From Acidilobaceae archaeon (GTDB taxonomy: Archaea; Thermoproteota; Thermoprotei_A; Sulfolobales; Acidilobaceae): a DNA stretch of 64,000 bases. Under the pieces are notes generated by a model. That model was given only the letters and a program-made list of their open reading frames with translations, ran no database searches and was not told the DNA's origin. Position 1 is the stretch's first letter. Every line of letters starts with the position of its first letter. Location: assembly GCA_038824665.1 (NCBI GenBank), contig JAWBBK010000001.1, positions 288,001 through 352,000 on the forward strand, written 5' to 3'. The position numbers and the translations under genes are program-made. Below, piece by piece: positions 1 to 9,224 of the stretch.

Positions 1-170
1 TAGTTTACAAGACCTTCTTTGCTTAATTTCTTAAGCGCTTGAACTACAGTGGGAGGCTTCACGCCTAAAGCGGTCGCTATGTCTTTTACTCTAGCGTAAC
101 CTTTGACTTGAGAAACCTCGTAGATACATCTTAAATAGTCTTCGCTCTTACCGTACCTTCTCCGATTCAA
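1..170 (-). CDS. DtxR/MntR-family metal-dependent transcriptional regulator (partial, runs off window start)
   Basis: Not in the ORF track. Manual translation from TTG at 170 gives MNRRRYGKSEDYLRCIYEVSQVKGYARVKDIATALGVKPPTVVQALKKLSKEGLVN, the EDYL..IY / ARVKDIA..LGVKPPTV winged-helix signature. Confidence 0.85.
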   Translation of the reverse strand, partial: MNRRRYGKSEDYLRCIYEVSQVKGYARVKDIATALGVKPPTVVQALKKLSKEGLVN

Positions 171-807
171 GTTCTTGCATCCTCACCAAGATCATTGGAG
201 TCAGAGAAGCTAAACTATTCGCTTGACTTTCAGCTTCAGAACTCTTCAAGAGAACGTAGACAAGAACAAAGGCAAGAACCAAAGAAAAGATAGCCCAGAG
301 GAACAGAAGGAATCCAGCTTTCTCATATACAACAAACACTAAGCTCTTTTCTTCGATAGGCTTCTCTAGCTTTAAAATTCCAGCTAAAGTTGTGAAGGAG
401 CCTAGCGTTGGCAGTGCTGGAAGCACGTCGTTAGCTACAACTCTGAGAAGCGAGTAGAGGAGAGTGAGAGCTAGAGCTGAGATCAAAGCAGAAGAGGCTA
501 AGAACTCTACGGCCTCGAGCTCTCTCCTTCTGGCTAGACGATAAAGTCCAGCTGTGACTGAGGCTAAGTTTAGAAAAGCTATTACGCCTACCACCAAAGA
601 TACTTTTCTTACGCTGTCTAGAGGAGGAACTCTGACCTCTGTTCCTAGAATTTCTAGCTCATAACCTAACAGGCTTATGTGACCAGAGATAGCTTGACCT
701 TTATAGGAGACTAGCTCGGTGACGAGAGCGTAGAGAACTAGTAGGGACGCCAGAGCTGAAGAAACAGCTGTAATTTTTACCAAAGCTCTGATCTCGTTAA
801 CCTGCAA
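148..807 (-). CDS. Hypothetical integral membrane protein (about 4 TM segments)
   Basis: 219 aa ORF with several hydrophobic stretches; overlaps both neighbours in an operon-like arrangement. Confidence 0.7.
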   Translation of the reverse strand: MQVNEIRALVKITAVSSALASLLVLYALVTELVSYKGQAISGHISLLGYELEILGTEVRVPPLDSVRKVSLVVGVIAFLNLASVTAGLYRLARRRELEAVEFLASSALISALALTLLYSLLRVVANDVLPALPTLGSFTTLAGILKLEKPIEEKSLVFVVYEKAGFLLFLWAIFSLVLAFVLVYVLLKSSEAESQANSLASLTPMILVRMQELESEKVR

Positions 808-1819
808 AGACCTCTACCCCTCTAGCTCTTTCAACTCCCAAAAAGACGTAGTTTATCCTGACATCGTAGACTCCAGGTCCAGGAACCTCAACTAACAGAA
901 CTCCCAAAGGTTCTATGGTCTTCAAGCTTCTCTCTACTATCGTCAACCTGTTCTTATCTATTATCGTAACCATCACCTCTAGAGGCACACGGTTGCGGTT
1001 AATCACGAAAACTTTAGATCCTGAGACCTCTATGTCGGGCTCTCTCCACATGAAAGAAGCTACATATCTTCCTTCAAGTCTACCTATATCGAGGTCTATA
1101 GAACAAGATGTTCTGACGAACTCATAGATTGATGCAGGCGGAGTTGGAGGCACGTAGGGTCTTTCGGCAGACCTCACGCTATAGAGCCACTCAAAGTACT
1201 CTTCAGGCAAGCGTACTTTCACAGTGTTCTGAACAACTCTCGTTTCGAGTTGGCCGAACCCATCTACGCTACAGGAGGCGGACCTAATCTCTAGGTTCTC
1301 GAGACCGAGCTCTACGATGAAGAGTCCCTCTTCTAGGTTAATCCTAACACTGTTCAGCTTGATTTCGGGTATTGGATAGGTTAAAGGGCTCTGATCTATG
1401 TAGAGAGATCCAACGGCAACAGCGTTAATAACCAAGGCTATAGAGGTCACAGTGGTCAAAATCTTGAAGCCTCTTGGTGCTAGAGTGAGAGTAGCGTGCG
1501 TTAGTAAAGCTGTCGCTAAGATCACAGATAGAGCCCAAAGGATAGTCGGTATCTCTAAAATCACGCTATAAGTAGGGTTTTCTGAAGTAGTGTTCTCACT
1601 TAACTGACAGGTGGTTCTCAGAGGGTCCCAGCAGTAAAACGTTTTGTTTCCAGTAAGGAGAACGTAAGAGGCGACTCCTACGAACGCTGGAAAAGAGTTG
1701 GAAGGGCCTATAAGAGCTACGGGGAACCAAAGGAGTTTGCCTAGAAGCAGAGCAGAGATTATCAAACCTAGGATTAAAGAAGCTAAAGCTGAAGTGCGAG
1801 AAAAAAGAAAAGAAGGCAA
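797..1819 (-). CDS. Membrane protein with a degenerate signal peptidase I (SipW/Sec11)-like N-terminus and beta-rich C-terminal domain
   Basis: TM segment, then VALIGPSNSFP (cf. V.SGSMEP), then YSVILEIP followed by TM helices (cf. KV...IP). The HRV and KGDNN motifs are absent. Confidence 0.45.
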   Translation of the reverse strand: MPSFLFSRTSALASLILGLIISALLLGKLLWFPVALIGPSNSFPAFVGVASYVLLTGNKTFYCWDPLRTTCQLSENTTSENPTYSVILEIPTILWALSVILATALLTHATLTLAPRGFKILTTVTSIALVINAVAVGSLYIDQSPLTYPIPEIKLNSVRINLEEGLFIVELGLENLEIRSASCSVDGFGQLETRVVQNTVKVRLPEEYFEWLYSVRSAERPYVPPTPPASIYEFVRTSCSIDLDIGRLEGRYVASFMWREPDIEVSGSKVFVINRNRVPLEVMVTIIDKNRLTIVERSLKTIEPLGVLLVEVPGPGVYDVRINYVFLGVERARGVEVFAG

Positions 1820-1845
1820 AGGGAAGCCCTCTAGGTCTCTACTAA

Positions 1846-2475
1846 TTACCTAGGAGGCTCAGTCGAATGGCTCACGTAGAAGCCAACTCTGAACGTAGCT
1901 GTGCCAGCGCTTTGAGCATCAATGAATAAGTCTAACTGAACGCCTTCATCAGGATCTAGGGTAAAGCTCGCCATATAACCTATTATCGTTAGGTCTAACT
2001 TTGTTACTAGTAGACTACCCTTGTAGACTCTGAGTTCGGCTACTGTCACAGGTATTTCGGTTATTGCGTCCTCAACTACTAAAGTGACGTAAGTCGGAGT
2101 CGTTACTCCTCTACTGTAGTAGCCAAAGCCGTAGAAGTCCTTTATGTACCAGCTACCTACAGCGAGAGGTAGCGTGACGCTTATAGACTCATAAAGCATG
2201 TAGTCGTTGAATCTACAGACAACATCGCCAGGAGTTATAGTTATGTAGTTGTTACCGTATGTGACAGCGTTATAGTTGGTACCGGCTAGAGGCAGTGGAA
2301 TGCCTGGTTGGGCTGCGCTGCTGTAAAAACCTGTACAGGTAGCTCCTGCGGCCTGTTCGGGTCCGACGACAGTGATCGTGCCGGAAAGCCATCTATATGC
2401 AAAAGCAGCTGCGTTGGCTACGGCTAGTAGAGCTACTATCGCTAGAGTTCCTAGGACTAAGAGTTTTCTTTCCAT
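1846..2475 (-). CDS. Secreted beta-rich protein, candidate archaeal thread/bundling-pilus-like filament subunit
   Basis: Class I-like signal peptide ending ANA/AAA; mature N-terminus AFAYRWLSGTITV resembles a donor strand; alternating beta pattern, Pro-rich C-terminus, two Cys; upstream SD GAGGTG. Confidence 0.55.
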   Translation of the reverse strand: MERKLLVLGTLAIVALLAVANAAAFAYRWLSGTITVVGPEQAAGATCTGFYSSAAQPGIPLPLAGTNYNAVTYGNNYITITPGDVVCRFNDYMLYESISVTLPLAVGSWYIKDFYGFGYYSRGVTTPTYVTLVVEDAITEIPVTVAELRVYKGSLLVTKLDLTIIGYMASFTLDPDEGVQLDLFIDAQSAGTATFRVGFYVSHSTEPPR

Positions 2476-2545
2476 GCAGCAGTTACACCTCTGTTTCGTG
2501 TCTTTCTTAGAAGTGTTTACAGCTAAAAAACTTTATAGTCTAAAG

Positions 2546-2605
2546 GGGGTCGGTCGTTCCGGCTCTCGTCATCTCCTCTGGCGACCCTCTTACACCTCAT
2601 CCCTA
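2546..2605 (-). ncRNA. Candidate box C/D guide sRNA
   Basis: Minus strand: GGGAUGA (C) - GGUGUAAGAGGGUCGC - CAGA (D') - GGAG - AUGACGA (C') - GAGCCGGAACGA - CCGA (D) - CCCC. About 60 nt, intergenic, with typical archaeal spacing; boxes are non-canonical. Confidence 0.55.
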
Positions 2606-2748
2606 GAGAACGTTTTCCCTTCTGGGCTATTAGGCTCTTTTTGTAGAGACTTTCCGAATCGGCTCAGAGACCTTGGCGAACAGAGTTCCATGAGTCCGAA
2701 CTCCAAACATATAAAGGCGGGAGGTTCAGCAGACTTCGGTGAGGAGGA

Positions 2749-2826
2749 GCCGCGGTAGTATAGCCTGGACCAGTATGCGGGCCTGTCAAGCCCGTGACCC
2801 GGGTTCAAATCCCGGCCGCGGCGCCA
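2749..2826 (+). tRNA. tRNA-Asp (GTC), intronless, CCA encoded
   Basis: GCCGCGG acceptor stem, anticodon arm CGGGC-CTGTCAA-GCCCG, T-loop GTTCAAATC, 3' GCCA; TATA-like ATATAAA upstream. Confidence 0.97.
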
Positions 2827-2922
2827 TAGCTCAACTCTTCTACAGCAAGGACAAACTCAAGGCTTCTACGTTCATATGAAGACCTCTGGGTATAAGAGAC
2901 CTCTCTTGAAGACCTAAGAAGG

Positions 2923-3411
2923 GTGTTGAACAGATTGACTCTGAAGACTACTAGAGCAAAGCTTGAGATTCCTCCCAACATCGTTGAGGAACTTCTAGCT
3001 CTTCATGCAGCATTTGATGCTGAGAGCGGACATCTAGTCTGTCACACCTCTCCACTAAAAGTCATCGTAGTGGAGTCTCGTTCACGTATAGTTCCGCTCG
3101 TCCAGATCGGAAACTGTACTTACGCTACTGTTGGCGAGGAGAATGTAAAGGCTTTAGTCGAAGGGTCGGAGGGTAGCGCAACTCTGGTCGTGAGATCGAC
3201 AGACATCTTCGAAATCGGTTCCTTCAAGATAGTGAACAGAGAGGTTCTCGAGATCCTCGGGAGCTTCTCAGTCTATTCGATGGACGTTTATGTAGCGGTT
3301 CTTGACGGAAGTCCAGCAGGTCTAATCACTCTAAAAGGCGAAGGAGCGACTTTAGCCATTCTGGCAACAAGTTGTGAAGAGGAGAGAAGGAAGGAACCGC
3401 TCCACGTATAA
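2923..3411 (+). CDS. Hypothetical protein
   Basis: 162 aa ORF with host-like codon usage; no motif recognised. Confidence 0.6.
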   Translation: MLNRLTLKTTRAKLEIPPNIVEELLALHAAFDAESGHLVCHTSPLKVIVVESRSRIVPLVQIGNCTYATVGEENVKALVEGSEGSATLVVRSTDIFEIGSFKIVNREVLEILGSFSVYSMDVYVAVLDGSPAGLITLKGEGATLAILATSCEEERRKEPLHV

Positions 3412-3454
3412 TAGCTCTGGGACTTCTAGCACTATCTTCATCTGGGTTTAAGAT

Positions 3455-4066
3455 TTGGCGCTCAGAGTCGGACTTTTAGCTCTTCAAGGAGGATTCGAAG
3501 AACATATTCACATGGTCTCTAGAGCGTGCAAAGAGCTAGGGCTTGAGTGCGAGGTTCTGTTCGTGAAAAAGCCTGAAGATCTGAGCAAGGTTTCAGCTTT
3601 GATATTACCTGGAGGCGAGTCTACAACGATCAAGAAGCTGATGGAGAAAACAGGGCTCACAAAGGAACTCTCTAAGACTTTAGAAGCAGGGCTTCCAGCT
3701 ATGGGGGTCTGTGCTGGAGCTATACTGCTAGCGGGACGAGTAGTAGATGGGACTACGGGAAAGAGCTATGGGACAGGTCTAGGATGCTTAAGGGCTAATG
3801 TGATCAGGAATTACTTCGGGAGACAGAGAGAGTCCTTTGAAGTTGACCTGAAGCTCAACATACCTTTAGAGCCTGAGAGACCTTTCAGAGCGGTGTTCAT
3901 TAGAGCTCCTGTGTTCACAGACGTTGGCGAAGGAGTTAAAGTGCTTGGCGAACTTGAAGGATATCCTGTAGCTTTAGAACAGGACTCTATAATAGCTCTA
4001 GCCTTTCATCCTGAGCTGACAGGAGACGTTAGACTTCACAAACTCTTCTTAATGAAAGCGTTCTAG
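3455..4066 (+). CDS. pdxT: Pyridoxal 5'-phosphate synthase glutaminase subunit
   Basis: [43 protein letters not shown] motifs. Confidence 0.95.
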   Translation: MALRVGLLALQGGFEEHIHMVSRACKELGLECEVLFVKKPEDLSKVSALILPGGESTTIKKLMEKTGLTKELSKTLEAGLPAMGVCAGAILLAGRVVDGTTGKSYGTGLGCLRANVIRNYFGRQRESFEVDLKLNIPLEPERPFRAVFIRAPVFTDVGEGVKVLGELEGYPVALEQDSIIALAFHPELTGDVRLHKLFLMKAF

Positions 4067-5145
4067 ACTCCGCGAGTCTGTAAGAGTTCTTCAGGTCTCA
4101 AAGTCCTTATGTCTATCCCCATCATAGACTTGGTCTCGCTGACCATGGACTGAGCGTCCAACACTTTCTCGGGGTCGTCCCAAAAGGCTGTAGCGAGCAC
4201 TATTGCTTCAGCTCTGGTCTGAGGGTCTTCGCTCTTGAAGATACCGGAACCCACGAAGACACCATCAGCTCCTAGCCACATCATCAAAGCAGCATCGGCT
4301 GGAGTGGCTATACCTCCAGCAGCGAAGTTTACTACAGGAAGTCTACCTATGCGAGCTGTCAAGTCCACGAGTTCTGGAGGCACTCCGTACTCTCTAGCCG
4401 TTCGTACTCTATCCTCAGAAGCTAGGACTCTGATTTTAGCTATCTCAGCGTTTATGGTTCTCATGTGTTTAACGGCTTCAGCCACGTTCCCTGTTCCAGC
4501 CTCGCCTTTTGTTCTGATCCAAGAAGACCCTTCGTATATCCTTCTTAGAGCCTCACCTAAATCTCTAGCTCCGTTTATGAAGGGCACTCTAAAGAGCCAC
4601 TTGTTTATGTGTCTCTGTTCATCAGCTGGAGTCAGGACCTCGCTCTCATCGATAGCGTCAACTCCCAACTCTTCCAGAATCACAGCCTCGTAGTAATGCC
4701 CAATTCTGACCTTAGCTGTCACGGGTATGCTTACAGTCTCCATTACCTCTCTTATCACCTTAGGGTCTGCCATTCTGGCCACGCCTCCGCTTTTTCTCAC
4801 ATCGTAGGGTAGCTTGTCCAAAACCATTACAGAAACTGCTCCAGCCTCTTCAGCTATTTCTGCTTGTTTGGGATTCGTTACATCCATACAGACTCCTCCT
4901 TTCTGAAAAACAGGAAACCCGTACTTGACCCTTAGAGTTCCTCTTTTTGGCACAGTTATGGCGTCAGGGAGTCTATCAGGACCGTAGTTGAAGTAAAGTC
5001 CTTCGCTCTTTAGAATGTCTGCCACCTCTACGAGTCTGTAGAAGAATTCGACTATAGCGTTGAAGCCTACCTCTACAAGCCTATAGTCGACCGGTCTCCT
5101 GAGTCTGGACAACCTTACAGGCCCTGAAGGCTTTCCAAAGCTCAA
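4063..5145 (-). CDS. pdxS: Pyridoxal 5'-phosphate synthase lyase subunit (N-terminally extended)
   Basis: [60 protein letters not shown]. Confidence 0.96.
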   Translation of the reverse strand: MSFGKPSGPVRLSRLRRPVDYRLVEVGFNAIVEFFYRLVEVADILKSEGLYFNYGPDRLPDAITVPKRGTLRVKYGFPVFQKGGVCMDVTNPKQAEIAEEAGAVSVMVLDKLPYDVRKSGGVARMADPKVIREVMETVSIPVTAKVRIGHYYEAVILEELGVDAIDESEVLTPADEQRHINKWLFRVPFINGARDLGEALRRIYEGSSWIRTKGEAGTGNVAEAVKHMRTINAEIAKIRVLASEDRVRTAREYGVPPELVDLTARIGRLPVVNFAAGGIATPADAALMMWLGADGVFVGSGIFKSEDPQTRAEAIVLATAFWDDPEKVLDAQSMVSETKSMMGIDIRTLRPEELLQTRGV

Positions 5146-5192
5146 AACCTATAAGCGTTGAGGGGGTTCTCGAAACAGCTCTGGGGCATTCG

Positions 5193-5870
5193 ATGTCTCA
5201 AAACAAAAGAGGGTTCTTGAGAGCTTCTGAGGCAGTAGCAGCATCCTATCTCGAAAGCATGGGCTTTAAGATAATCGAGGTACATAAGAAGGTCTCTCTA
5301 GGAGGAGTAGATGTAAGCGATGTAGACATAGTAGCAGAGAAGGACAACGTAATGTACGCTATTGAAGTTAAGAGCGGAGCTGTGGATGTAGATGCAATCA
5401 GACAAGCTTATGCTAACGCTAAGGTCTTAGGAATGAAGCCTGCTGTCGTTGGACGCGGACTTGCTGATGAGAGAGCCTCAGCTTTAGCTAAAGAGCTCGG
5501 GGTCGAGGTTTACCTTCTCTCAGATCTCTTAGTTGTTCAAGCGTCAGAACTCAGAGACATAGTGTATGAGGCTGTCTATAGTGCTCTAAACGACCTTTTG
5601 AGCTTTCTAGCTTCATGCGTAGAACTTAGGCCAGAGGACGAAAGAGTCGTAGAGGCTTTAGCTACGTCTTCCACCATTTTGAGCGTTGCGGAGAAGCTTG
5701 GAGTCTCAGAGCAGGAGGCAGCTAAACTCATTGCGTCTCTAAGCGAAAGAGGAGTCCTCCCTCGAGGCTCTATTAGGGTCCTCTCTTTGGCATCAAAAGC
5801 GATACTCCTATGTAGAAACAGGCTTTCCTCAACGAACTCTTCAAACCATTCAACAAATACTAAAGTTTAA
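5193..5870 (+). CDS. PD-(D/E)XK restriction-endonuclease-like protein with C-terminal HTH
   Basis: E..A..YLES.GF, DVDIVAEK, YAIEVKSG, IRQAY motifs; C-terminal SVAEKLGVSEQEA helix-turn-helix. Confidence 0.75.
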   Translation: MSQNKRGFLRASEAVAASYLESMGFKIIEVHKKVSLGGVDVSDVDIVAEKDNVMYAIEVKSGAVDVDAIRQAYANAKVLGMKPAVVGRGLADERASALAKELGVEVYLLSDLLVVQASELRDIVYEAVYSALNDLLSFLASCVELRPEDERVVEALATSSTILSVAEKLGVSEQEAAKLIASLSERGVLPRGSIRVLSLASKAILLCRNRLSSTNSSNHSTNTKV

Positions 5871-5910
5871 AATAGGTTAATAAGTCATAAAAAGAGGGGG
5901 TGAGGGGGTT

Positions 5911-8631
5911 TTGATGAAAGCCAAAAGTTTTGCTGCTTTGAGTCTGATAGCTTGGATTATAGCGGTCGCGTTGATGACTTCTCAGGTCGGGATGTTAGAG
6001 GAGAGATTATCGTACGACGAGACTATCTTCTTACGCAAAGAGCTAGAGAGCTATGTGGGTCTCTCTAAGCTAAACGAAGCAGGGTTACAGATGAAAACTG
6101 GTGAAACTATAGTCGTTATATATAAGCCTGTAGACTTGAGCAGAGCTAGACTCGTCGAGAGCGTTCTGCAGGAATCTTTGAGAGAGTTTGGAGGAACTAT
6201 CATAGGCCCCTACTCGCTATACTCTCAAGTGGTTAATACAGCGCTCTATCAGCTCTCAACTAAGATAGCTGAGTCCCTTTCAAGCTATGAGCTTTTAGTT
6301 AAAACTGGACGTTCTGCTAACGAAACAGCTACATATCTCCAGATTGGGCTAGAGAGAACCTATGGGTTAGCTGAGACCTTTATGACCTTTTATCTCTTCG
6401 CAGTTCAGCAAGGACATCCGGACCCAGGTCTCTATGCTTATGAACAGCTCAGTAGAGCTGTATCTTCTGAGATGAAGCCTCTTCTCGACTTCTTCTATAC
6501 AGCCTTCTCTAGCTACGAGCGAGAACTCGCTCTAGAAGAAGCGGCTAAGAAAGCCGCTATTGATTTAGGACGTTCTCTAGACCCGACTTTAGCTCAAGCT
6601 ATGGAGTTCTTCGATCTAAACAACTACAGAGACAAGGACAGAGTCCTTCTATACGTCTACAATGCGTTCGGTCTTGAGAGCCTCCTCAGATTCGAAGTCT
6701 TTAAAGCTCTAGTGAAAAGCCCTCAGCCTGTAGCGCTAGCTTTAATCAAAGAAGAGCTTTCTAGAGCAGACCTATGTCTTACTGAGGCTTTTGAAAGATC
6801 GTTAAAAGGAGAGGGTCCTGAGTTGGCTATCGGTGTGTGCAAGACCTTCGTTGAGACGAAGCTTGTTCCTTTTCCTCAAGGTATTCCTGAAGACCTTAGA
6901 CTTACATTCTTCTCTTTAGACGGAAAGTACTCTTTAGCTATAGGTTACACTTCTGTAGCGCTTAAAACCGAACAGGCTCTAAATGTTGAGAAGTACATCA
7001 GAGAGAGATTAGAGGGAGCTTTAGAGGAGCTTCATCTTTACGGCACGATTAACGTGAAGACTGAGAGACTCAAGGTTCTCGAGGAGGACAGCGGAAGAGT
7101 AGACAAGATAGTAGCGGCCTCTCTTCTAGTTATCACTACAACTCTCTTGGGAACCTTTTCTGCCTCTATACTGATATTCGTTGTTACAATAATTGCCCTC
7201 ATTACAGCCTTAGGGATAATAAGCATCGCGGCTCTCTACACTGACATTTACTATCTGGGCAGACTCTTCATAGTCCCTCTAGTTTTCAGCATATCTGCCG
7301 ATTACTCAATATACTATCTTTTCAGGGTTCTCGAGGAGAAGGAGAAAGGGAAGAGCTGGAACGATGCGGTTGTAGAGGCCTGGCGCAAGGTGTCTATAGC
7401 GCTTGCAATAGGCGGCTTGACTGGCATCGCAGGCTTCGCTGCGTTTCTCTTGAGCGACCACGGGTTGCTTAGAAGTGTCGGTATAGCTCTTTTGATCAGC
7501 GTCGCTATAGCCTTCTTGGCTAGTCTCACTCTCACTCCCGCTATACTTTTCTTCGCTGGAGAGAGACTTGTGGCTTGGCCTAGAAGAGAGCTGAAGATAC
7601 CGGCTAGAGGGCTCGGGCCGAAACTGAGAAGAGCGTCCGAGCTAGTTTTGAGGTTCAGAACTCATATAATCTTAGCTTCTCTCATAGTTTTGGCTATCGG
7701 TCTCTACTTTGTCGCTACAACTCCTGTCACTCAGAATGTTTATCTAAGTTTTCCTCGAGACTCGAACTTCGTCAAGATGAGTGAGATCCTCTTTACACAC
7801 TTCGATGTATCAAGGTTCTCAACTCTGCTTGTCGTAGCTGAGGGACAGAAGGAAGAACTCGAGACAGTAATCCGAGACCTCGAGTCTAGAGGGGTTATCG
7901 TGAGACACAGAACGTTAGCTGAAGAGCCTTATGTTGTTGTTGAGCTAGGCATAGCTGAAGACCCGCTGGGAGACGGCGCTAGAAAAGTAGTTTATGAGGT
8001 AAGGAGGGCTCTATCGGAACACAACATAAAAGCGTACGTTACAGGACTGTCTCCATTGCTTTCTGATACAATAGACGATCTAATGAAGGCGTTTTACATG
8101 AGGACTCTTCCAATAGCTCTATTGTTCGTAGCTTTAGTAATAGGGGTTCTTACAGGAAGTCTCTTCCAATCGGTTAGGATATTAGTTACAGCAGTCTTAG
8201 CTCTTCTTGTTAGCATCGTTGCGACAACCTCCTTTTTCAACTTCTATCTAGAACTACCTCATTTCACAAAGTCTGACAGCCTCTTCTATTGGGTCGTACC
8301 CATAATCCTTTGGGGCTTCACTATATCGACAGGAGTAGACTTTGAGGCCTTCCTGACCGCTAGGATCAAAGAAGAGTACGAGAGACTGAGAGACGTGAAC
8401 TCATCTGTTCTAGAAGCTGTAGAGAAAACAGGCGTAGTGATAAGCGTGTTAGCAGTGATATATATAGCCGCCTTTGGTTCTTTAACCACATCATCTATAC
8501 CTCTGCTTAAGATGATAGGCTTCGCCATAGCCGTATTCTTCTTCGTAGATGCTTTCATCACGAAAGTCGCAGTAGTTCCCGCTTACGTAAGCGCGCTGGA
8601 TAAGCTGAACTGGTGGCCTCGAGAAAGATAG
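5911..8631 (+). CDS. MMPL/RND-family transporter
   Basis: 906 aa with two repeats of large extracytoplasmic domain plus TM bundle; SADYSIYYLFRVLEE and GVDFEAFLTARIKEE motifs; C-terminal NWWP. Confidence 0.88.
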   Translation: MMKAKSFAALSLIAWIIAVALMTSQVGMLEERLSYDETIFLRKELESYVGLSKLNEAGLQMKTGETIVVIYKPVDLSRARLVESVLQESLREFGGTIIGPYSLYSQVVNTALYQLSTKIAESLSSYELLVKTGRSANETATYLQIGLERTYGLAETFMTFYLFAVQQGHPDPGLYAYEQLSRAVSSEMKPLLDFFYTAFSSYERELALEEAAKKAAIDLGRSLDPTLAQAMEFFDLNNYRDKDRVLLYVYNAFGLESLLRFEVFKALVKSPQPVALALIKEELSRADLCLTEAFERSLKGEGPELAIGVCKTFVETKLVPFPQGIPEDLRLTFFSLDGKYSLAIGYTSVALKTEQALNVEKYIRERLEGALEELHLYGTINVKTERLKVLEEDSGRVDKIVAASLLVITTTLLGTFSASILIFVVTIIALITALGIISIAALYTDIYYLGRLFIVPLVFSISADYSIYYLFRVLEEKEKGKSWNDAVVEAWRKVSIALAIGGLTGIAGFAAFLLSDHGLLRSVGIALLISVAIAFLASLTLTPAILFFAGERLVAWPRRELKIPARGLGPKLRRASELVLRFRTHIILASLIVLAIGLYFVATTPVTQNVYLSFPRDSNFVKMSEILFTHFDVSRFSTLLVVAEGQKEELETVIRDLESRGVIVRHRTLAEEPYVVVELGIAEDPLGDGARKVVYEVRRALSEHNIKAYVTGLSPLLSDTIDDLMKAFYMRTLPIALLFVALVIGVLTGSLFQSVRILVTAVLALLVSIVATTSFFNFYLELPHFTKSDSLFYWVVPIILWGFTISTGVDFEAFLTARIKEEYERLRDVNSSVLEAVEKTGVVISVLAVIYIAAFGSLTTSSIPLLKMIGFAIAVFFFVDAFITKVAVVPAYVSALDKLNWWPRER

Positions 8632-9005
8632 AGGAATATATAATAGCCTCTGATGATTTAGATACGAATCAGGCGGTCGAGTTGGTGTCGTGGAGAAGAG
8701 CTTTCGAGGCCTCAGTAATTTTAGTGTTGATGTATCTAGTCGTTATGGTTTTAGGTGGAACCATGCTACTCACTGGAATGGCAGCTATGACCCTCAGCAG
8801 AGCTCTAATTCCTATTGGGGTTCTCCTGATGTTCTTTGGATACCTGATCATATTGCTTGGAGCCACTACCGTGATCTTCAAGATGTTCACAGACCTGGTT
8901 GGAGAGGAGGTAGAGGATAGACTGATCACAAAGATCGACCTCATTAGACGAGAAATACAAAGCTTATCGAAGTTGGCTGAGCGACGTGAAGGAGGAGAGA
9001 GTTAG
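8613..9005 (+). CDS. Small membrane protein (2 TM plus coiled coil)
   Basis: 130 aa, overlaps the MMPL stop, two hydrophobic helices. Confidence 0.65.
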   Translation: MASRKIEEYIIASDDLDTNQAVELVSWRRAFEASVILVLMYLVVMVLGGTMLLTGMAAMTLSRALIPIGVLLMFFGYLIILLGATTVIFKMFTDLVGEEVEDRLITKIDLIRREIQSLSKLAERREGGES

Positions 9006-9160
9006 AAGAAGAAGGCGTCTGGAGACTTCTTCATCATCTCTTCTCTTTTCTTCTCCAAGAGTTCTATCAAGAGTTCGAGTAGCTCCTCCTCTTCGTCGTG
9101 TACTCTTTTACGCACATTCTTACTAATAGCTCTTGAAGCTCTCTTTTTGATCATCAACAC
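9002..9160 (-). CDS. Unannotated 52 aa charged small protein
   Basis: MLMIKKRASRAISKNVRKRVHDEEEELLELLIELLEKKREEMMKKSPDAFFF*; GGGAG SD-like site upstream; TATATATA at ~9241-9248; purine-rich coding-like composition. Confidence 0.6.
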   Translation of the reverse strand: MLMIKKRASRAISKNVRKRVHDEEEELLELLIELLEKKREEMMKKSPDAFFF

Positions 9161-9224
9161 GCTCTCCCGCTTTCAGAAGTTCGAGTATCGTCACTATAGT
9201 ATTTGATAGAATGGACCCCGCGAG

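Noticed and set aside
2372-2808. ORFs 2372-2758 (+) and 2590-2808 (-)
   Set aside because: They overlap tRNA-Asp, the sRNA candidate or the filament gene and show no protein motif.
2878-2916. Triple AGACCT repeat, also seen in other spacers
   Set aside because: Short word consistent with the AG/CT-rich background; no constant spacing.
9145-9200. GTGACGA-N11-CTGA...TTGATGA as a second C/D sRNA with a guide matching the tRNA T-loop
   Set aside because: No terminal D box, overlaps the small ORF start, and the D+5 position falls on U55 rather than the usual Cm56.
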